DNA of 64,000 nt from Candidatus Lambdaproteobacteria bacterium RIFOXYD2_FULL_56_26 (GCA_001783715.1 MFNF01000061.1:6722-70721), one strand, 5' to 3'. Shown: positions 31,006-41,401, numbered from the stretch's first letter. A program made the numbers and translations. Notes: generated by a model not told the origin, from the letters alone.

Positions 31006-32373
31006 TCAAGGGCTTTCGGGCCGTTTGACCTGGGGCAGGCGGGCGATGGACCGTTTGATTTCCTCCTCCGGGTAAGCGTAGTCTTGGATCTCCCCAGCGA
31101 AGTATTTGTCATAGGCGCTCATGTCAAAATGCCCGTGGCCGGAGAGGTTAAAAAAGAGGCATTTTGCCTCCCCGGTTTTTTTGCATTCCAAGGCATCGTC
31201 CATCATCGCCCGGATTCCGTGGCAGGACTCCGGTGCCGGGACAATGCCTTCCGCCCGGGCGAACATCACTCCCGCCTCAAAAGTCCCCAGGTTGGGCACC
31301 GCCCTCGCCTCAATGTGCCCTTCATGGTACAGCTGGCTGACCAGGGGGGAATCTCCGTGGTACCGCAACCCTCCGGCGTGGATCGAAGGGGGAACAAAGT
31401 CGTGGCCCAAGGTGTACATCAACATCAAGGGAGTCATCCCCGCCACGTCCCCGAAGTCATAGGCATAATGCCCCTTGGTCAAGGTGGGGCAGCTGATCGG
31501 CTCTACCGCCACCAGCCGGATGTCCCGGCCCTGCCACTTGTCGGTCAAAAAAGGAAAGGCCACCCCGCCAAAGTTGGAGCCGCCGCCGCAAGGGGCGTAG
31601 ATAATGTCGGGATAATCTCCCACCAATTGGAACTGCTTTTTTGCCTCCAGACCGATCACCGTTTGGTGCAACAACACATGGTTCAAAACCGAACCTAAGG
31701 CGTAATTGGTGTCGGCCCGAGAGGCTGCGTCCTCCACCGCTTCACTGATGGCGATGCCCAAAGAACCGGGGGAATTGGGGTCTTGGGCCAGGATGTTGCG
31801 GCCTGCTTGGGTATCTTTTGAAGGGCTGGCCACCACCTCCGCCCCCCAGGTTTGCATCAAGCTGCGCCGGTAGGGCTTTTGTTGGTAGCTGACCTTGACC
31901 ATATAAACCTTCACATCCAACCCAAAAAACTGCCCGGCCTGGGCAATCGCCGATCCCCACTGCCCTGCCCCGGTTTCGGTGGCAATCCGTTTGATCCCCG
32001 CCTTGTGGTTGTAGTAGGCTTGGGGGATGGCGGTGTTGGACTTGTGGCTCCCTGCTGCTGCGACCCCTTCATACTTGTAATAAATCCTCGCCGGGGTGCC
32101 CAGGGCCGCTTCCAGTCTCCGGGCCCGGAACATCGGGCTGGGCCGCCAGAGTTTGTAGGCCTCCCGCACCGGTTCGGGGATTTCAACCCACCTTTGTTGG
32201 GTCATTTCCTGTTCGATCAACGCCTCTGGGAAAATGGCAGCCAAGGCATCGGGGCCGATGGGGTTGCCGTCCGGGCCCAAGGGGGGGGCAGGCGGATTGG
32301 GCATATCGGCCACGATGTTGTACCAATGGGTTGGGATCTCGGATTCATCAAGCAAAATCTTGACTTTGGACAT
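31006..32373 (-). CDS. trpB: TrpB2 (TrpB-like PLP enzyme)
   Basis: IPTHWYNI; GSHKSNTA; TETGAGQWG; GSVLNHV; HAGGLRYHG; NLSGHG. Confidence 0.93.
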   Translation of the reverse strand: MSKVKILLDESEIPTHWYNIVADMPNPPAPPLGPDGNPIGPDALAAIFPEALIEQEMTQQRWVEIPEPVREAYKLWRPSPMFRARRLEAALGTPARIYYKYEGVAAAGSHKSNTAIPQAYYNHKAGIKRIATETGAGQWGSAIAQAGQFFGLDVKVYMVKVSYQQKPYRRSLMQTWGAEVVASPSKDTQAGRNILAQDPNSPGSLGIAISEAVEDAASRADTNYALGSVLNHVLLHQTVIGLEAKKQFQLVGDYPDIIYAPCGGGSNFGGVAFPFLTDKWQGRDIRLVAVEPISCPTLTKGHYAYDFGDVAGMTPLMLMYTLGHDFVPPSIHAGGLRYHGDSPLVSQLYHEGHIEARAVPNLGTFEAGVMFARAEGIVPAPESCHGIRAMMDDALECKKTGEAKCLFFNLSGHGHFDMSAYDKYFAGEIQDYAYPEEEIKRSIARLPQVKRPESP

Positions 32374-32529
32374 GGGGGCTCCACAAAAAGGGTTTTGTAC
32401 CTCCTAACATGTCCAGGTGCCAAATTCCAGACGAAAAAGTGAACTCCCAAAACCGGCAAAAATCGATTTTTACTGGTCAACTTGAGGTTTATCACCTAAA
32501 AAAGAGGACCTCTTTCCCTTTGGGCCTGA

Positions 32530-33300
32530 ATGAAAATCCAATTTTTGGGGGTTGGTGCCGCCTTTACCACCGCCCAATATTACCAATCCAACCTGCTGCT
32601 CACCTCGGAGCGAGGGAAAAAACTTTTGCTGGACGCTGGGGGCGACATTCGCTTTGCCTTGTCCGAAGCCGGGGTCCCTGCGTCTTCCCTAGACGGGGTT
32701 TATCTCTCCCACCAACATGCGGACCACATCGGGGGCATGGAGTTTTTGGCCTACGCCACCTTCTTTGACCCTTCGGTTCCCAAACTGAAGCTTTATGTTG
32801 AAAGGGAATTGGCCACAGAGGTTTGGGAACACAGCTTGCGGGGCGGCTTGAGTGTGGTGGATGACCAACCCAGGGGCCTGAACGATTTTTTTGAGGTCCG
32901 GCTGCTGGACCTCAAGCAATCTTTTGTCTGGGAAGGCTGGACCTTTACCTTGTACAAAATGCCCCATGTGATCACCAAGGTTGGCTCGATCTATTCTTAC
33001 GGCCTCCTGGCGGAGCGGCAGGGTTATCCGGGGTTCTTTTTCAGCTCCGATTCCACCTTTGCCCCGGAGATTCTAAAGGCAGTGGCCCCCAAGGTCCAAT
33101 TGATCTTCCATGACTGTGAAACCCGCCTGCCCCCCACCGGGGTCCATTGCCACTACTTGGAACTCAAAACCCTGCCCCAGTCGGTCAAATCCAAGCTCTG
33201 GGCCTACCATTACCAGCCGGACCCGCCCTACCAACCACAAGCGGACGGGATGCTGGGGTTTGTCAAAAAAGGCCAAGAGTTTCACTTCAAAAAATCCTGA
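32530..33300 (+). CDS. MBL-fold metallo-hydrolase
   Basis: FLGVGAAF; LLDAG; SHQHADHIGG; FHDC. Confidence 0.9.
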   Translation: MKIQFLGVGAAFTTAQYYQSNLLLTSERGKKLLLDAGGDIRFALSEAGVPASSLDGVYLSHQHADHIGGMEFLAYATFFDPSVPKLKLYVERELATEVWEHSLRGGLSVVDDQPRGLNDFFEVRLLDLKQSFVWEGWTFTLYKMPHVITKVGSIYSYGLLAERQGYPGFFFSSDSTFAPEILKAVAPKVQLIFHDCETRLPPTGVHCHYLELKTLPQSVKSKLWAYHYQPDPPYQPQADGMLGFVKKGQEFHFKKS

Positions 33301-33314
33301 TCCCCCAAGGTCCC

Positions 33315-34226
33315 ATGAAACGCATGGTGATCTTAAACCCCAAAGCCCGCCAGGGCACTGCCGAGCAACTGGTGGACCGCCTTCGTTTGCGCCTTAAACC
33401 GGGCACCGAGCGCTTTGAGGTCCAATCGACCCGGTACCGGGGCCATGCCACTCAGCTCGCCCGTGAGGCCCTCAAGGCGGGGTTTGACCACCTGATTGCG
33501 GTGGGCGGGGACGGGACCTTTTCGGAAATGATCAACGGCTTTTACGAGGCCGGGCAACCGCTCAACCTAGAGGCGATGGCCTCCCCCCTGATGTTGGGCA
33601 CCGGCTGCGACTTTGGCCGCAGTTACGGCCTGCCCAAGGGCCTAACCGACCAGCTCAACCGCCTGACCCAGGGCCGGGAATACCGGATCGACCTGGGCAA
33701 GGTCACCTTGGGGGAGCAGGTCCGTTATTTTGTGAACATCGGGGGTTTTGGGCTCAGTGGGCAGGTCAACCAAATCCTAGAGCAACAAAAGGGCTCCCTG
33801 GGCTTTTTGAGCGGCAAGGCGGCCTTTTTCCTGGCCAGTTTGCGGGGGATTTTGACCGGCAAAAATGCCAAGGTCCGGTTGGTGATTGATGGAGGCCCGC
33901 CGGTGGAGATGACCAGCAAACTGGTGGCCTTGGCGAACGGGCAATTTTTTGGCGGCGGAATGTGGATCGCCCCCCAGGCGAGTAACGAGGACGGCTGGTT
34001 GGACCTAGTGGTCTTGGGCGACCTTTCCGCCTGGGAAACCTTACGGCAGTTTCCGCTGGTTTACCAAGGCCTACACCTGGGCCGTCCGGGAGTCCTTTGC
34101 CAGAAGATCACCGTCCTGGAAGCCAGCTCGGAAGAACCGGTCTGGGTGGACCTGGACGGCGAAGTAGTCGGCCAACTCCCCGCCCGGTTCGAGGTGGTAC
34201 GGCAGGGGCTGAAGATTTGGGTCTAG
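33315..34226 (+). CDS. YegS/DAGK-family lipid kinase
   Basis: ILNPKA; GGDGT; GTGCDF; NGQFFGGG; LDGE. Confidence 0.9.
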   Translation: MKRMVILNPKARQGTAEQLVDRLRLRLKPGTERFEVQSTRYRGHATQLAREALKAGFDHLIAVGGDGTFSEMINGFYEAGQPLNLEAMASPLMLGTGCDFGRSYGLPKGLTDQLNRLTQGREYRIDLGKVTLGEQVRYFVNIGGFGLSGQVNQILEQQKGSLGFLSGKAAFFLASLRGILTGKNAKVRLVIDGGPPVEMTSKLVALANGQFFGGGMWIAPQASNEDGWLDLVVLGDLSAWETLRQFPLVYQGLHLGRPGVLCQKITVLEASSEEPVWVDLDGEVVGQLPARFEVVRQGLKIWV

Positions 34227-34311
34227 TTCCCCGAACCTAGCCCCCCCCAAAAAAATCTCCTCTATTCTCTCCAACCCCGGCCTTCTTGGCTCCCACCACT
34301 GGGCCGTGGGA

Positions 34312-36435
34312 TCAATCGTTGGCTGGGGTGTAACGCTCTACAGTGTTTAAATAAGTAGCTGCCGCCGATTGCCCGCCGACAATGTAAATGTAGGTCCCGT
34401 CGGTAGCACAGCCGTGCCCCCACCGAGCGGAGGTTAAGCTGGTTTTGGTTGTGTAGCTGTCTGAGGTTGGAGAGTATTTAAGAACACTGTCCAAGGCACT
34501 GTTGGTTGTGGTCAATCCACCAAAGAGATAAATCTCGCTGTTGTAGACAGCCGCACAAAAGCGGGATCGTCCCGTTGAGAGGGCTGCAATACTTGTTGGA
34601 GTGTACGAACTGGTGTCATAGACTTCTGAGGTCGTTAGTGCCGAGCCCGTGATGTATCCAGCTCCATTGTATCCGCCAAAAAGATAGACTTTGGTGCCGA
34701 TTACGGCGTGGGCGAAAGAGGCCCTTGCGGTGATCATATTGGTCCCTGCCGAACTCCAAGAACCGCCAGTCAAGGTATATACTCCAGAAAGGAACGAAGA
34801 CGTTGTACTGTAGTATCCCCCAAAGGTCCAGAGGGTGGTGCCGATATACTCCATTCCTGTGTCGGTTAAGGTAGCTAAGGAATGGTTGTAAAGCGTGCCT
34901 GTCCCCAGACTACCGTAGCTGGTCAAATACACGGAGGTAATCCCAGTACCGTTAGTGTCTGTTGAACCAGTGCCGTAATAATAGCTTGCCCCGTCTGTTG
35001 CGGCTAAGGCTACCGTATGAGCGGACAATATTGGGCCTGATGGGTTATTCCAACCGCCCCCGCTGATTGAGTAAACAGACAATTGGTTAAAGACTGCACC
35101 ATTATAACCTTGGCCACAGGTGATAGTGCCTGAGGTGCTGAGGTAGATACAATTGATATTCGTAATAGCGGTAGGTAAAGTGTTTAAGGTGGTCCAAACC
35201 GCCAAAGTCGTGAAGGTGGTCCCCGTATAAGCCGTAGCCAGTGCGTTTCCGGCAGTGTCTTTGGGTTTAAAACTGCTGGAACTGCCGACCACTACCACAT
35301 TGTAAGCGGTGTTTGCAGAAAGGGAACCGGTCAAGGTGAAGGTGAACACTGTGTTGCTGCTGGCGGTTACGGTGCTGCTCATCATCACACAAGTACTGCC
35401 GGTTGTCTTTTGCAGGTACACGGTACCCACACAGGCACCGGTGGCATCAGCACTGATCGAAGTGGTGTCCATCGCTTCGCTGAAGGTAACCACCACCGTG
35501 GTGATCGAAGAGGCGCTTGCCGCCGCAATCGGGGTCACGCTGACCACCGTAGGTGCGGTAGTGTCGGCGGTGCTGGCGGTGGTAAATCCGGTGGACTGGG
35601 TGTCGGCTGCCGCCAGGGCGTTGCCCGCCGCATCCTTGGCCGCCGTGGTCACTTTGATCTTGTAGGTGCTGCTTCCGGTCAGGTTGGCCGAAGGGGTCAG
35701 GGTGAAGGCGGTTTTGGCCGTATTGGCGGTGATGGTGCTGCTCATCGCCACACAAGTCGAGAATCCATCGCTGGAAAGCTGCACCGAGCCGGAGCAGGTG
35801 GTGGTGGTCCCGGTGGTGATGGTGGTGCTGTCCATCGCTTCGCTGAAGGTCACGGTGAGGGTCGAGTTGACCGCCACGGAAGTGGCCGAGTTGGCCGGGC
35901 TGGTGCTGCTGAGCGTGGGGGCCGTAGCGTCTTTGGTGGTAAAGCCGACCGACTGGGTGTAGTCGGAACTCAAGGCAGTGCCGCCGGAACTCTTGGCACT
36001 GGTGCTGACCCGGACTTTGTAGGTTGTGCTTTCCGTTAAGTTGGCCCGGGTGGTAAAGACAAAAGATTTGTTGTCCGAAGTCGAAGGGGCCCCCAACAGG
36101 GCGCAGGTAGAAAAGTTGTCCGACGAAAGCTGGATCGCCCCGGCACAAACACTGTCGCTCCGGGAGGAGTTGGTGCCAACCGAGGTGACATCCATTTCCT
36201 GGTCAAAGGTCACGGTGATCGTGGGCACCACTGCCACCGAAGTGGTGGAGTCCGAAGGGGTCACCGAAGAAACGGTGGGGGCAGTGGCCGTGGTCGTGTC
36301 TCCCGCTTCCGGAGCCCCGGCGGTGACTTCGGTGGTCTCCAGGGGGCTGTCTTCGAGGGTTTGCCCGCCGCAACCGGCGAGCAGGATCAGGCCCAAACCC
36401 AGGGCCAAAGCGTAAAAGGAACGGTTGGTTTTCAT
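34312..36435 (-). CDS. Surface lipoprotein: three Ig-like (Big_5/SbsA-type) repeats plus a C-terminal Kelch beta-propeller
   Basis: Lipobox LLAGC; three APT.SS..P...VTF.(E/Q).MD repeats; Kelch motifs VYLFGG, IYLFGG, IYIVGG. Confidence 0.85.
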   Translation of the reverse strand: MKTNRSFYALALGLGLILLAGCGGQTLEDSPLETTEVTAGAPEAGDTTTATAPTVSSVTPSDSTTSVAVVPTITVTFDQEMDVTSVGTNSSRSDSVCAGAIQLSSDNFSTCALLGAPSTSDNKSFVFTTRANLTESTTYKVRVSTSAKSSGGTALSSDYTQSVGFTTKDATAPTLSSTSPANSATSVAVNSTLTVTFSEAMDSTTITTGTTTTCSGSVQLSSDGFSTCVAMSSTITANTAKTAFTLTPSANLTGSSTYKIKVTTAAKDAAGNALAAADTQSTGFTTASTADTTAPTVVSVTPIAAASASSITTVVVTFSEAMDTTSISADATGACVGTVYLQKTTGSTCVMMSSTVTASSNTVFTFTLTGSLSANTAYNVVVVGSSSSFKPKDTAGNALATAYTGTTFTTLAVWTTLNTLPTAITNINCIYLSTSGTITCGQGYNGAVFNQLSVYSISGGGWNNPSGPILSAHTVALAATDGASYYYGTGSTDTNGTGITSVYLTSYGSLGTGTLYNHSLATLTDTGMEYIGTTLWTFGGYYSTTSSFLSGVYTLTGGSWSSAGTNMITARASFAHAVIGTKVYLFGGYNGAGYITGSALTTSEVYDTSSYTPTSIAALSTGRSRFCAAVYNSEIYLFGGLTTTNSALDSVLKYSPTSDSYTTKTSLTSARWGHGCATDGTYIYIVGGQSAAATYLNTVERYTPAND

Positions 36436-36445
36436 CGGGGCCCCC

Positions 36446-37732
36446 TTAAAACTGGTAGGAGAAATTCATGGTGGGATGCTCAAAGCCGGGTAACAAGGCA
36501 AACTGCCATTGCCGGGCCGGGGCCGCTAGGTTTTGGGCGCTCTCGGAAGAGCCGCCAAAAAAGATAAAGTAGCCTTCCATCAAACCAAAGACAATGGTCA
36601 TGGAATCAAAGGTTTGCACTGCCGCTTTGTCTGCCTTCATCTTGGTGACATTGGCATCATATTCCGTTTTGATGGTCGCTCTTGTGGCGGTGGAATTGGA
36701 GGCATCATACTGGGTTTTCAGGTCTGCGTTCTTGGTAGCCAAGCTGTTGTAGTCCTTGGCGGCATTGGAGGACAACAGGGCGGTCCCCCCGGCTCCGGCC
36801 AGGGCAAAAAGATGCCAGCCCCAACCATATCCGTCTCCGCCGTCACTGGTGATCCTGGGTCCCAGGTCCACCGGAGCGGCCTTGGCTCCAGAGATTTCGG
36901 CGGCAGTTTTGCCCACCAGCTCCAAGGAGAGTTTTTCCAAGGAGACATCTAAGTTGGAGAGGTCCGAGTTGTGTTGCACCGTCTTGGAAACCAGGATCGA
37001 ACCGTCCTGGATGGCCATGATCTTGGCGCTTAACATGTATTTGGTGTCGTTGATCTTAAACAGACTGGTGGAAACCACCCGGTCCACCCCCAATTGCTCG
37101 CCGATCAAGGTAGCACATTCGTCCCGGGTACACCCAGAGGTCTTTTGGATCTGCTCGGGGTTCATCTTGTCCACATCCGCAGAACTGGCCAACTTGAAGG
37201 GGGCTACCGAACTGAGGCTGGAGCGGAACAAGTCGGAAAAGGCTTTGATCTGGTCTTTGTTCAGGTCCTTGGCTTCAATGTCCAAAACCGCCACCAAGGT
37301 TTCTTTGGTGGTTTTTTCGGTCTCAAAAACCACTTCGGCTTGGCCGATCACCTCGCCGCCCAGACCGGCGATGCCCGCCAGATTTAAGGTGGTCTTCTCC
37401 CCTTTTTGGTCGTAGGTGCCCTTAAAGACCAAGGCCTTGCTGAGGTTGATCCCGCTTAAGCTGTCGGACAAAAAGACCAGCTTAAACTCAGGGAAAAACT
37501 TCTCCAAGGCCATGTAAAGACTGGTTTCAATTTTCTTGGCCGTGGCATCGGTCTGTTGGTTGTGGATGTTAACCACTTGGATCACAATCGCCTTTTCGGC
37601 GTTTTTGGCGATTTTGGGCTTTTCCTGCAGCTGTTTGGCCGCATCTTCCATCGCCTCTTTGAGGGGCTGGGCCAACAACGGTCCGGTCAGGGCCAAAAAC
37701 AAACCAAAAAAAAGAACCAGTCGCTGGATCAT
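36446..37732 (-). CDS. Exported protein with CsgG/TolB-N-like domain(s) and a C-terminal aromatic beta-strand
   Basis: Signal peptide; VAVLDI...GCTRDECATLIGEQLGV; ends NFSYQF. Confidence 0.6.
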   Translation of the reverse strand: MIQRLVLFFGLFLALTGPLLAQPLKEAMEDAAKQLQEKPKIAKNAEKAIVIQVVNIHNQQTDATAKKIETSLYMALEKFFPEFKLVFLSDSLSGINLSKALVFKGTYDQKGEKTTLNLAGIAGLGGEVIGQAEVVFETEKTTKETLVAVLDIEAKDLNKDQIKAFSDLFRSSLSSVAPFKLASSADVDKMNPEQIQKTSGCTRDECATLIGEQLGVDRVVSTSLFKINDTKYMLSAKIMAIQDGSILVSKTVQHNSDLSNLDVSLEKLSLELVGKTAAEISGAKAAPVDLGPRITSDGGDGYGWGWHLFALAGAGGTALLSSNAAKDYNSLATKNADLKTQYDASNSTATRATIKTEYDANVTKMKADKAAVQTFDSMTIVFGLMEGYFIFFGGSSESAQNLAAPARQWQFALLPGFEHPTMNFSYQF

Positions 37733-37741
37733 GATGTCAAG

Positions 37742-38326
37742 TTAAAGCAGAGATTCAATGATGTTGGTGAGTTGTGTTTCCAAGTCTTCCTTAAACCCAC
37801 GGAACTCGTGGGAGATGATCCCTTCTTTGTTGATCACCACGATCCGAGGCAGGCTGTTGACCTGATACTTTTTGATGGCATCCCGCTGGTTGGGCAGCAT
37901 CATGGGCAGGTCGATCTTCTTTTTGGCGATAAAGCGGGTCATGTCCTCATCGCTGATTTCGGTGTCCACGTTGACGTAGATCAATTTGGCCGCCTTGCCT
38001 TGGAAGTGTTCGGCAATCCGGTTGTAGGTGGGGATCTCCCGCATACAAGGGACACAACTGGTGGAGAAGAAATTGAGCACCACCACGTTTTTGGTTACCT
38101 CAGGGACGTACTTGCCGCCCTCTTCGACCGGGTTGCCTTGGGTATCTTTCTTGAAGCCAAATTCCTTCATCAAGGTTTGCAACTTCATCAACCCTTCCCC
38201 CTGGGCCTTTTTGCCGCTCAAAAAGGGTGCCTCTTGGCCGACCATACTTTCGGAGGAGGACTCGGCCCACAAGGCGGGGGAGAGGAACAGGAGAGAGAGG
38301 GTCAAAAACAGTAACTTCGCCTTCAC
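37742..38326 (-). CDS. TlpA-family periplasmic thioredoxin
   Basis: Signal peptide; VVLNFFSTSCVPCMREIP; LPRIVVINKEG. Confidence 0.9.
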   Translation of the reverse strand: MKAKLLFLTLSLLFLSPALWAESSSESMVGQEAPFLSGKKAQGEGLMKLQTLMKEFGFKKDTQGNPVEEGGKYVPEVTKNVVVLNFFSTSCVPCMREIPTYNRIAEHFQGKAAKLIYVNVDTEISDEDMTRFIAKKKIDLPMMLPNQRDAIKKYQVNSLPRIVVINKEGIISHEFRGFKEDLETQLTNIIESLL

Positions 38327-38353
38327 TGGGTTTTGCCTGTGCTAAAGTTAAGG

Positions 38354-38989
38354 TTACGGGGCGACCTTGGAACCGGCCGCTTCTTCAATGGACAATTTTT
38401 TCCCGGCGATTTCCACACCGCTTAAGATGTCTCCGGCGATCTCGGTCAGGGGCATCACTTCTCCAGAGGGACTGATTGCCCCTTGTTTGCCCGCAGGGAC
38501 ATCCACCGACTGGCCGTTTTGGGCCGAAGCCAAAGCCACCAGACCGTTGAAGGTCGCCACTCGAGTTTGGCTGGCCGCTTCTTCGACCACAAAATCGGTG
38601 CCCTTGACCCCAACCACTGCATTAACGGTACGGACTTGGAAACTCCGGTCCGGGCGGCGGTTCACCAAAGCCCGCAGCTTCCCGGTCAGGTTGAGGTCGA
38701 TCTTCATGGCTTCTTTGCCCTGCTCGGCGCTCAAGTCCACGGCGCTGTTGGGGCCCAGATAAACCACGTCCCCGTTTTCAAAGGCCAGCTTGGCCTTGCC
38801 TTCAGGGCCGGTTTCGATCCGGTCGGAACCAAAAATTTCGGTTTCTTGTTTGTGAATGTCCAAGACCTTGCCCGAACGAATCACTTGGACCACCGGGTCC
38901 AGCAGGACCAAGGTGGCAATCTTGGGGGCCGCAAACACGGACTGGGCGGTAACCACCAGTCCAAAAAAAGCGGTCAACAGTTGGCGCAT
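38354..38989 (-). CDS. Exported FecR-domain protein
   Basis: Signal peptide; DRIETG; LGPNS; TVNAVVGVKGTDF. Confidence 0.85.
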   Translation of the reverse strand: MRQLLTAFFGLVVTAQSVFAAPKIATLVLLDPVVQVIRSGKVLDIHKQETEIFGSDRIETGPEGKAKLAFENGDVVYLGPNSAVDLSAEQGKEAMKIDLNLTGKLRALVNRRPDRSFQVRTVNAVVGVKGTDFVVEEAASQTRVATFNGLVALASAQNGQSVDVPAGKQGAISPSGEVMPLTEIAGDILSGVEIAGKKLSIEEAAGSKVAP

Positions 38990-39210
38990 GAAGAGACCTC
39001 GGTAAAATTGAACTTGTGGGATAGACTACCTTCTTTGGCCCAGAGGTTCAAGCACTTTGTCCAAGTTCCAGGGCCTACTGGTACCAAAGGGCTGGGAACA
39101 GGTGGGCTTTCGGTTGCAGTTTTTTTTGGTTATCGGTTCACTTCTCTGGGGCAATCTGGTAGTGGATAAACCAGAAAGTCTGCTGTTTTAAGCCAGCCAC
39201 TGGGGATGCC

Positions 39211-40821
39211 ATGACCATCAAAACAAAAATATTAGCCGGTTTTTCGGTGATACTCTCTTTGGCGTTGTTTCTGGGAGGTTATAACCTTCTGGGTTACCGG
39301 TCTATCGGTGATGCGGTCGAGAATATCGAGTATTCCAAGTTTTTTGCCCTTTTGGAGATCCAGCACCGCAAATGGAACGAGGGGCTGGCTTCGGTTTTTT
39401 TAAAAGAAGACCTGTCGGAAATGGCCATTGAACTGGACCACACCAAATGCCGGATGGGCCGTTTTCTGTACAGTGACGAGGCCAAACGGTTTGTGGAACA
39501 TTTGCCGACCATGGCCCCGTTGCTTGAAGAACTAAAGCCGGTCCACAAGGACCTGCATGATTCGGCCGGGGAAATTGGGGCTCTTTGGTTCACCCAGGAC
39601 CCCCAAAACCAAAGGGCAGCCAAAAAAATCTACCAGGACAAAACCCTGCCCTCTTTGTCCAAAATCGCCGACTTGCTCAACCGGATGTCCAGTGAGCTGG
39701 AAAAACTCGCCACCGGCTCGGCAGCCAACCTCTCAGAAACCGTCAAGGGCCGGACGACCCTTTCGGGGGTGCTGCTTGGTTTGATCTTGTTGTTTGGAGC
39801 AGTGGCGGCCTTTTTGATTGGCCGGAGCATCACCAAGGCCCTTTCGGCGGTGATCGGGGACCTGAACGTGGCTTCAAAGGCACTGAACACTGCCGGGAAG
39901 GAAATCGCCGGAGGATCGGTCCAGGTCGCCCAAGGGGCGAGCGAGCAGGCGGCGAGCTTGGAGCAAACCTCCAGCGCCATGGAAGAGTTGGCCTCACAGT
40001 CCAAAGACAACGCCGATGCCGCCCAACACACCTTCGAGGCGGCAGGTTCGATGAAAACCGGGCTGCAAACCGCCAGCAAGCAGGCTGAAAACGCCCTGAG
40101 CCTTTCGGGAAAGGCTTGTGGTGCCTCGGAACGAGGGGTGCTTTCGATGCAAAAAATCAGCGACAGCCTCAAAGAAGTTGACCAGGCCAGCCAAGAAGTG
40201 ATGGACATCATTGAGTTGATCAATGAGATCACTCATGAAACCAAAATGTTGGCTACCAATGCCGCCATTGAAGCCGCTCGGGCCGGAGAGCAGGGCAAGG
40301 GGTTTGCGGTGGTGGCCAACGAGGTTTCCAAGCTGGCCGAAAACTCCAAGGCTGCGGCCAAAAAGATCAACGACATCGTCAAGCTCAACGCCCAAAAGGC
40401 CCAGTCTGGCAAGGACCAAGCCGAAGAGGGCAACCGGGTGTTAAATGAGATCCACCAGCTGAGCACCCAATCCAAAGAGCTGGTCGCCCAGATCGTCCAG
40501 GCTAACCAGAGCCTCTTCTCCCAAGCCAGCGAGCTGGAAAGTCTGGCCGAGCAGATCAATCGGACCTCGCTGCAACAGTCCCAAGGGACCAGCGAGGTCT
40601 CTCGAGCGATTGTGGAGATGGACGAAATCACCCAGTCCAACGCCTCGGCGGCAGAGCAATCGGCCAGCTCCTCCGAAGGGCTCAAGGAACAGTCGGACGC
40701 ACTCCAGGCGACTATCGACCGTCTGGTGCAGCTGATCGAAGGCGGCGGTTCCGGTTCGGGGCAACCCACCGCCCACCCGACATCCGCCGGGATCCAGCGG
40801 CTTCGGTTGCCCTCCGCCTGA
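39211..40821 (+). CDS. Methyl-accepting chemotaxis protein with CZB zinc-binding sensor domain
   Basis: [20 protein letters not shown] between two TM segments; [20 protein letters not shown]. Confidence 0.9.
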   Translation: MTIKTKILAGFSVILSLALFLGGYNLLGYRSIGDAVENIEYSKFFALLEIQHRKWNEGLASVFLKEDLSEMAIELDHTKCRMGRFLYSDEAKRFVEHLPTMAPLLEELKPVHKDLHDSAGEIGALWFTQDPQNQRAAKKIYQDKTLPSLSKIADLLNRMSSELEKLATGSAANLSETVKGRTTLSGVLLGLILLFGAVAAFLIGRSITKALSAVIGDLNVASKALNTAGKEIAGGSVQVAQGASEQAASLEQTSSAMEELASQSKDNADAAQHTFEAAGSMKTGLQTASKQAENALSLSGKACGASERGVLSMQKISDSLKEVDQASQEVMDIIELINEITHETKMLATNAAIEAARAGEQGKGFAVVANEVSKLAENSKAAAKKINDIVKLNAQKAQSGKDQAEEGNRVLNEIHQLSTQSKELVAQIVQANQSLFSQASELESLAEQINRTSLQQSQGTSEVSRAIVEMDEITQSNASAAEQSASSSEGLKEQSDALQATIDRLVQLIEGGGSGSGQPTAHPTSAGIQRLRLPSA

Positions 40822-40892
40822 GTCCCAGGTACTTTTAAATCTCTTTTAGAATCAGAGGATAAAGGAGTAAAAAGAGAGTCGGCGGCCTTGGT

Positions 40893-41401
40893 ATGGCACC
40901 GCTAAGGTTGACCCAGGCCTGCCGCTTGGCGGACCGGCACAAAAAAGAGGTGGCGCTGCTGTTTTTGGACCTTAACCGTTTTAAGCAGGTCAACGACAAC
41001 TTGGGCCACGAAAAAGGGGGGGGACCCACTGTTGCAAGAGGTCTCCTGGCGACTGCAAAGCTTAGTCCGTAGTTCGGATACCGTGGGCAGACGGGGGGGA
41101 TGAATTTACCTTGGTGCTCGAAGAGGTGGAAAACGAAAATGCCGTGGCCGCCATTGCCCAGGGCATCGTCACCAAGGTGTCGGAGGCAGTGCTGCTGGGG
41201 GATGAAGAGGTTTTTGTCGGGGCCAGCATCGGGATTGCCCTTTACCCCAAAGATGCCCAGGACCTCAAGAGCCTGACCAAGGCTGCCGACTCCGCCATGT
41301 ATTGGTCCAAGGAAGCGGGCCGGGGGGCCTTCCGTTTTTACGACCCCAAACTGGATCTACCGGAGGCGCAAGACCCCGACCCTGGTCCGGAGCCCGCCTG
41401 A
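40893..41401 (+). pseudogene. GGDEF diguanylate cyclase, N-terminally truncated, two frameshifts
   Basis: LLFLDLNRFKQVNDNLGH / DPLLQEVSWRL..RSSDTVGR / DEF...ASIGIALYP...ADSAMY lie in three successive frames, shifting at G8 (41016-41023) and G7 (41093-41099). Confidence 0.85.

Noticed and set aside
34312..35400. Diversity-generating retroelement target
   Set aside because: No reverse transcriptase and no template/variable repeat pair differing at adenines is visible in the window.
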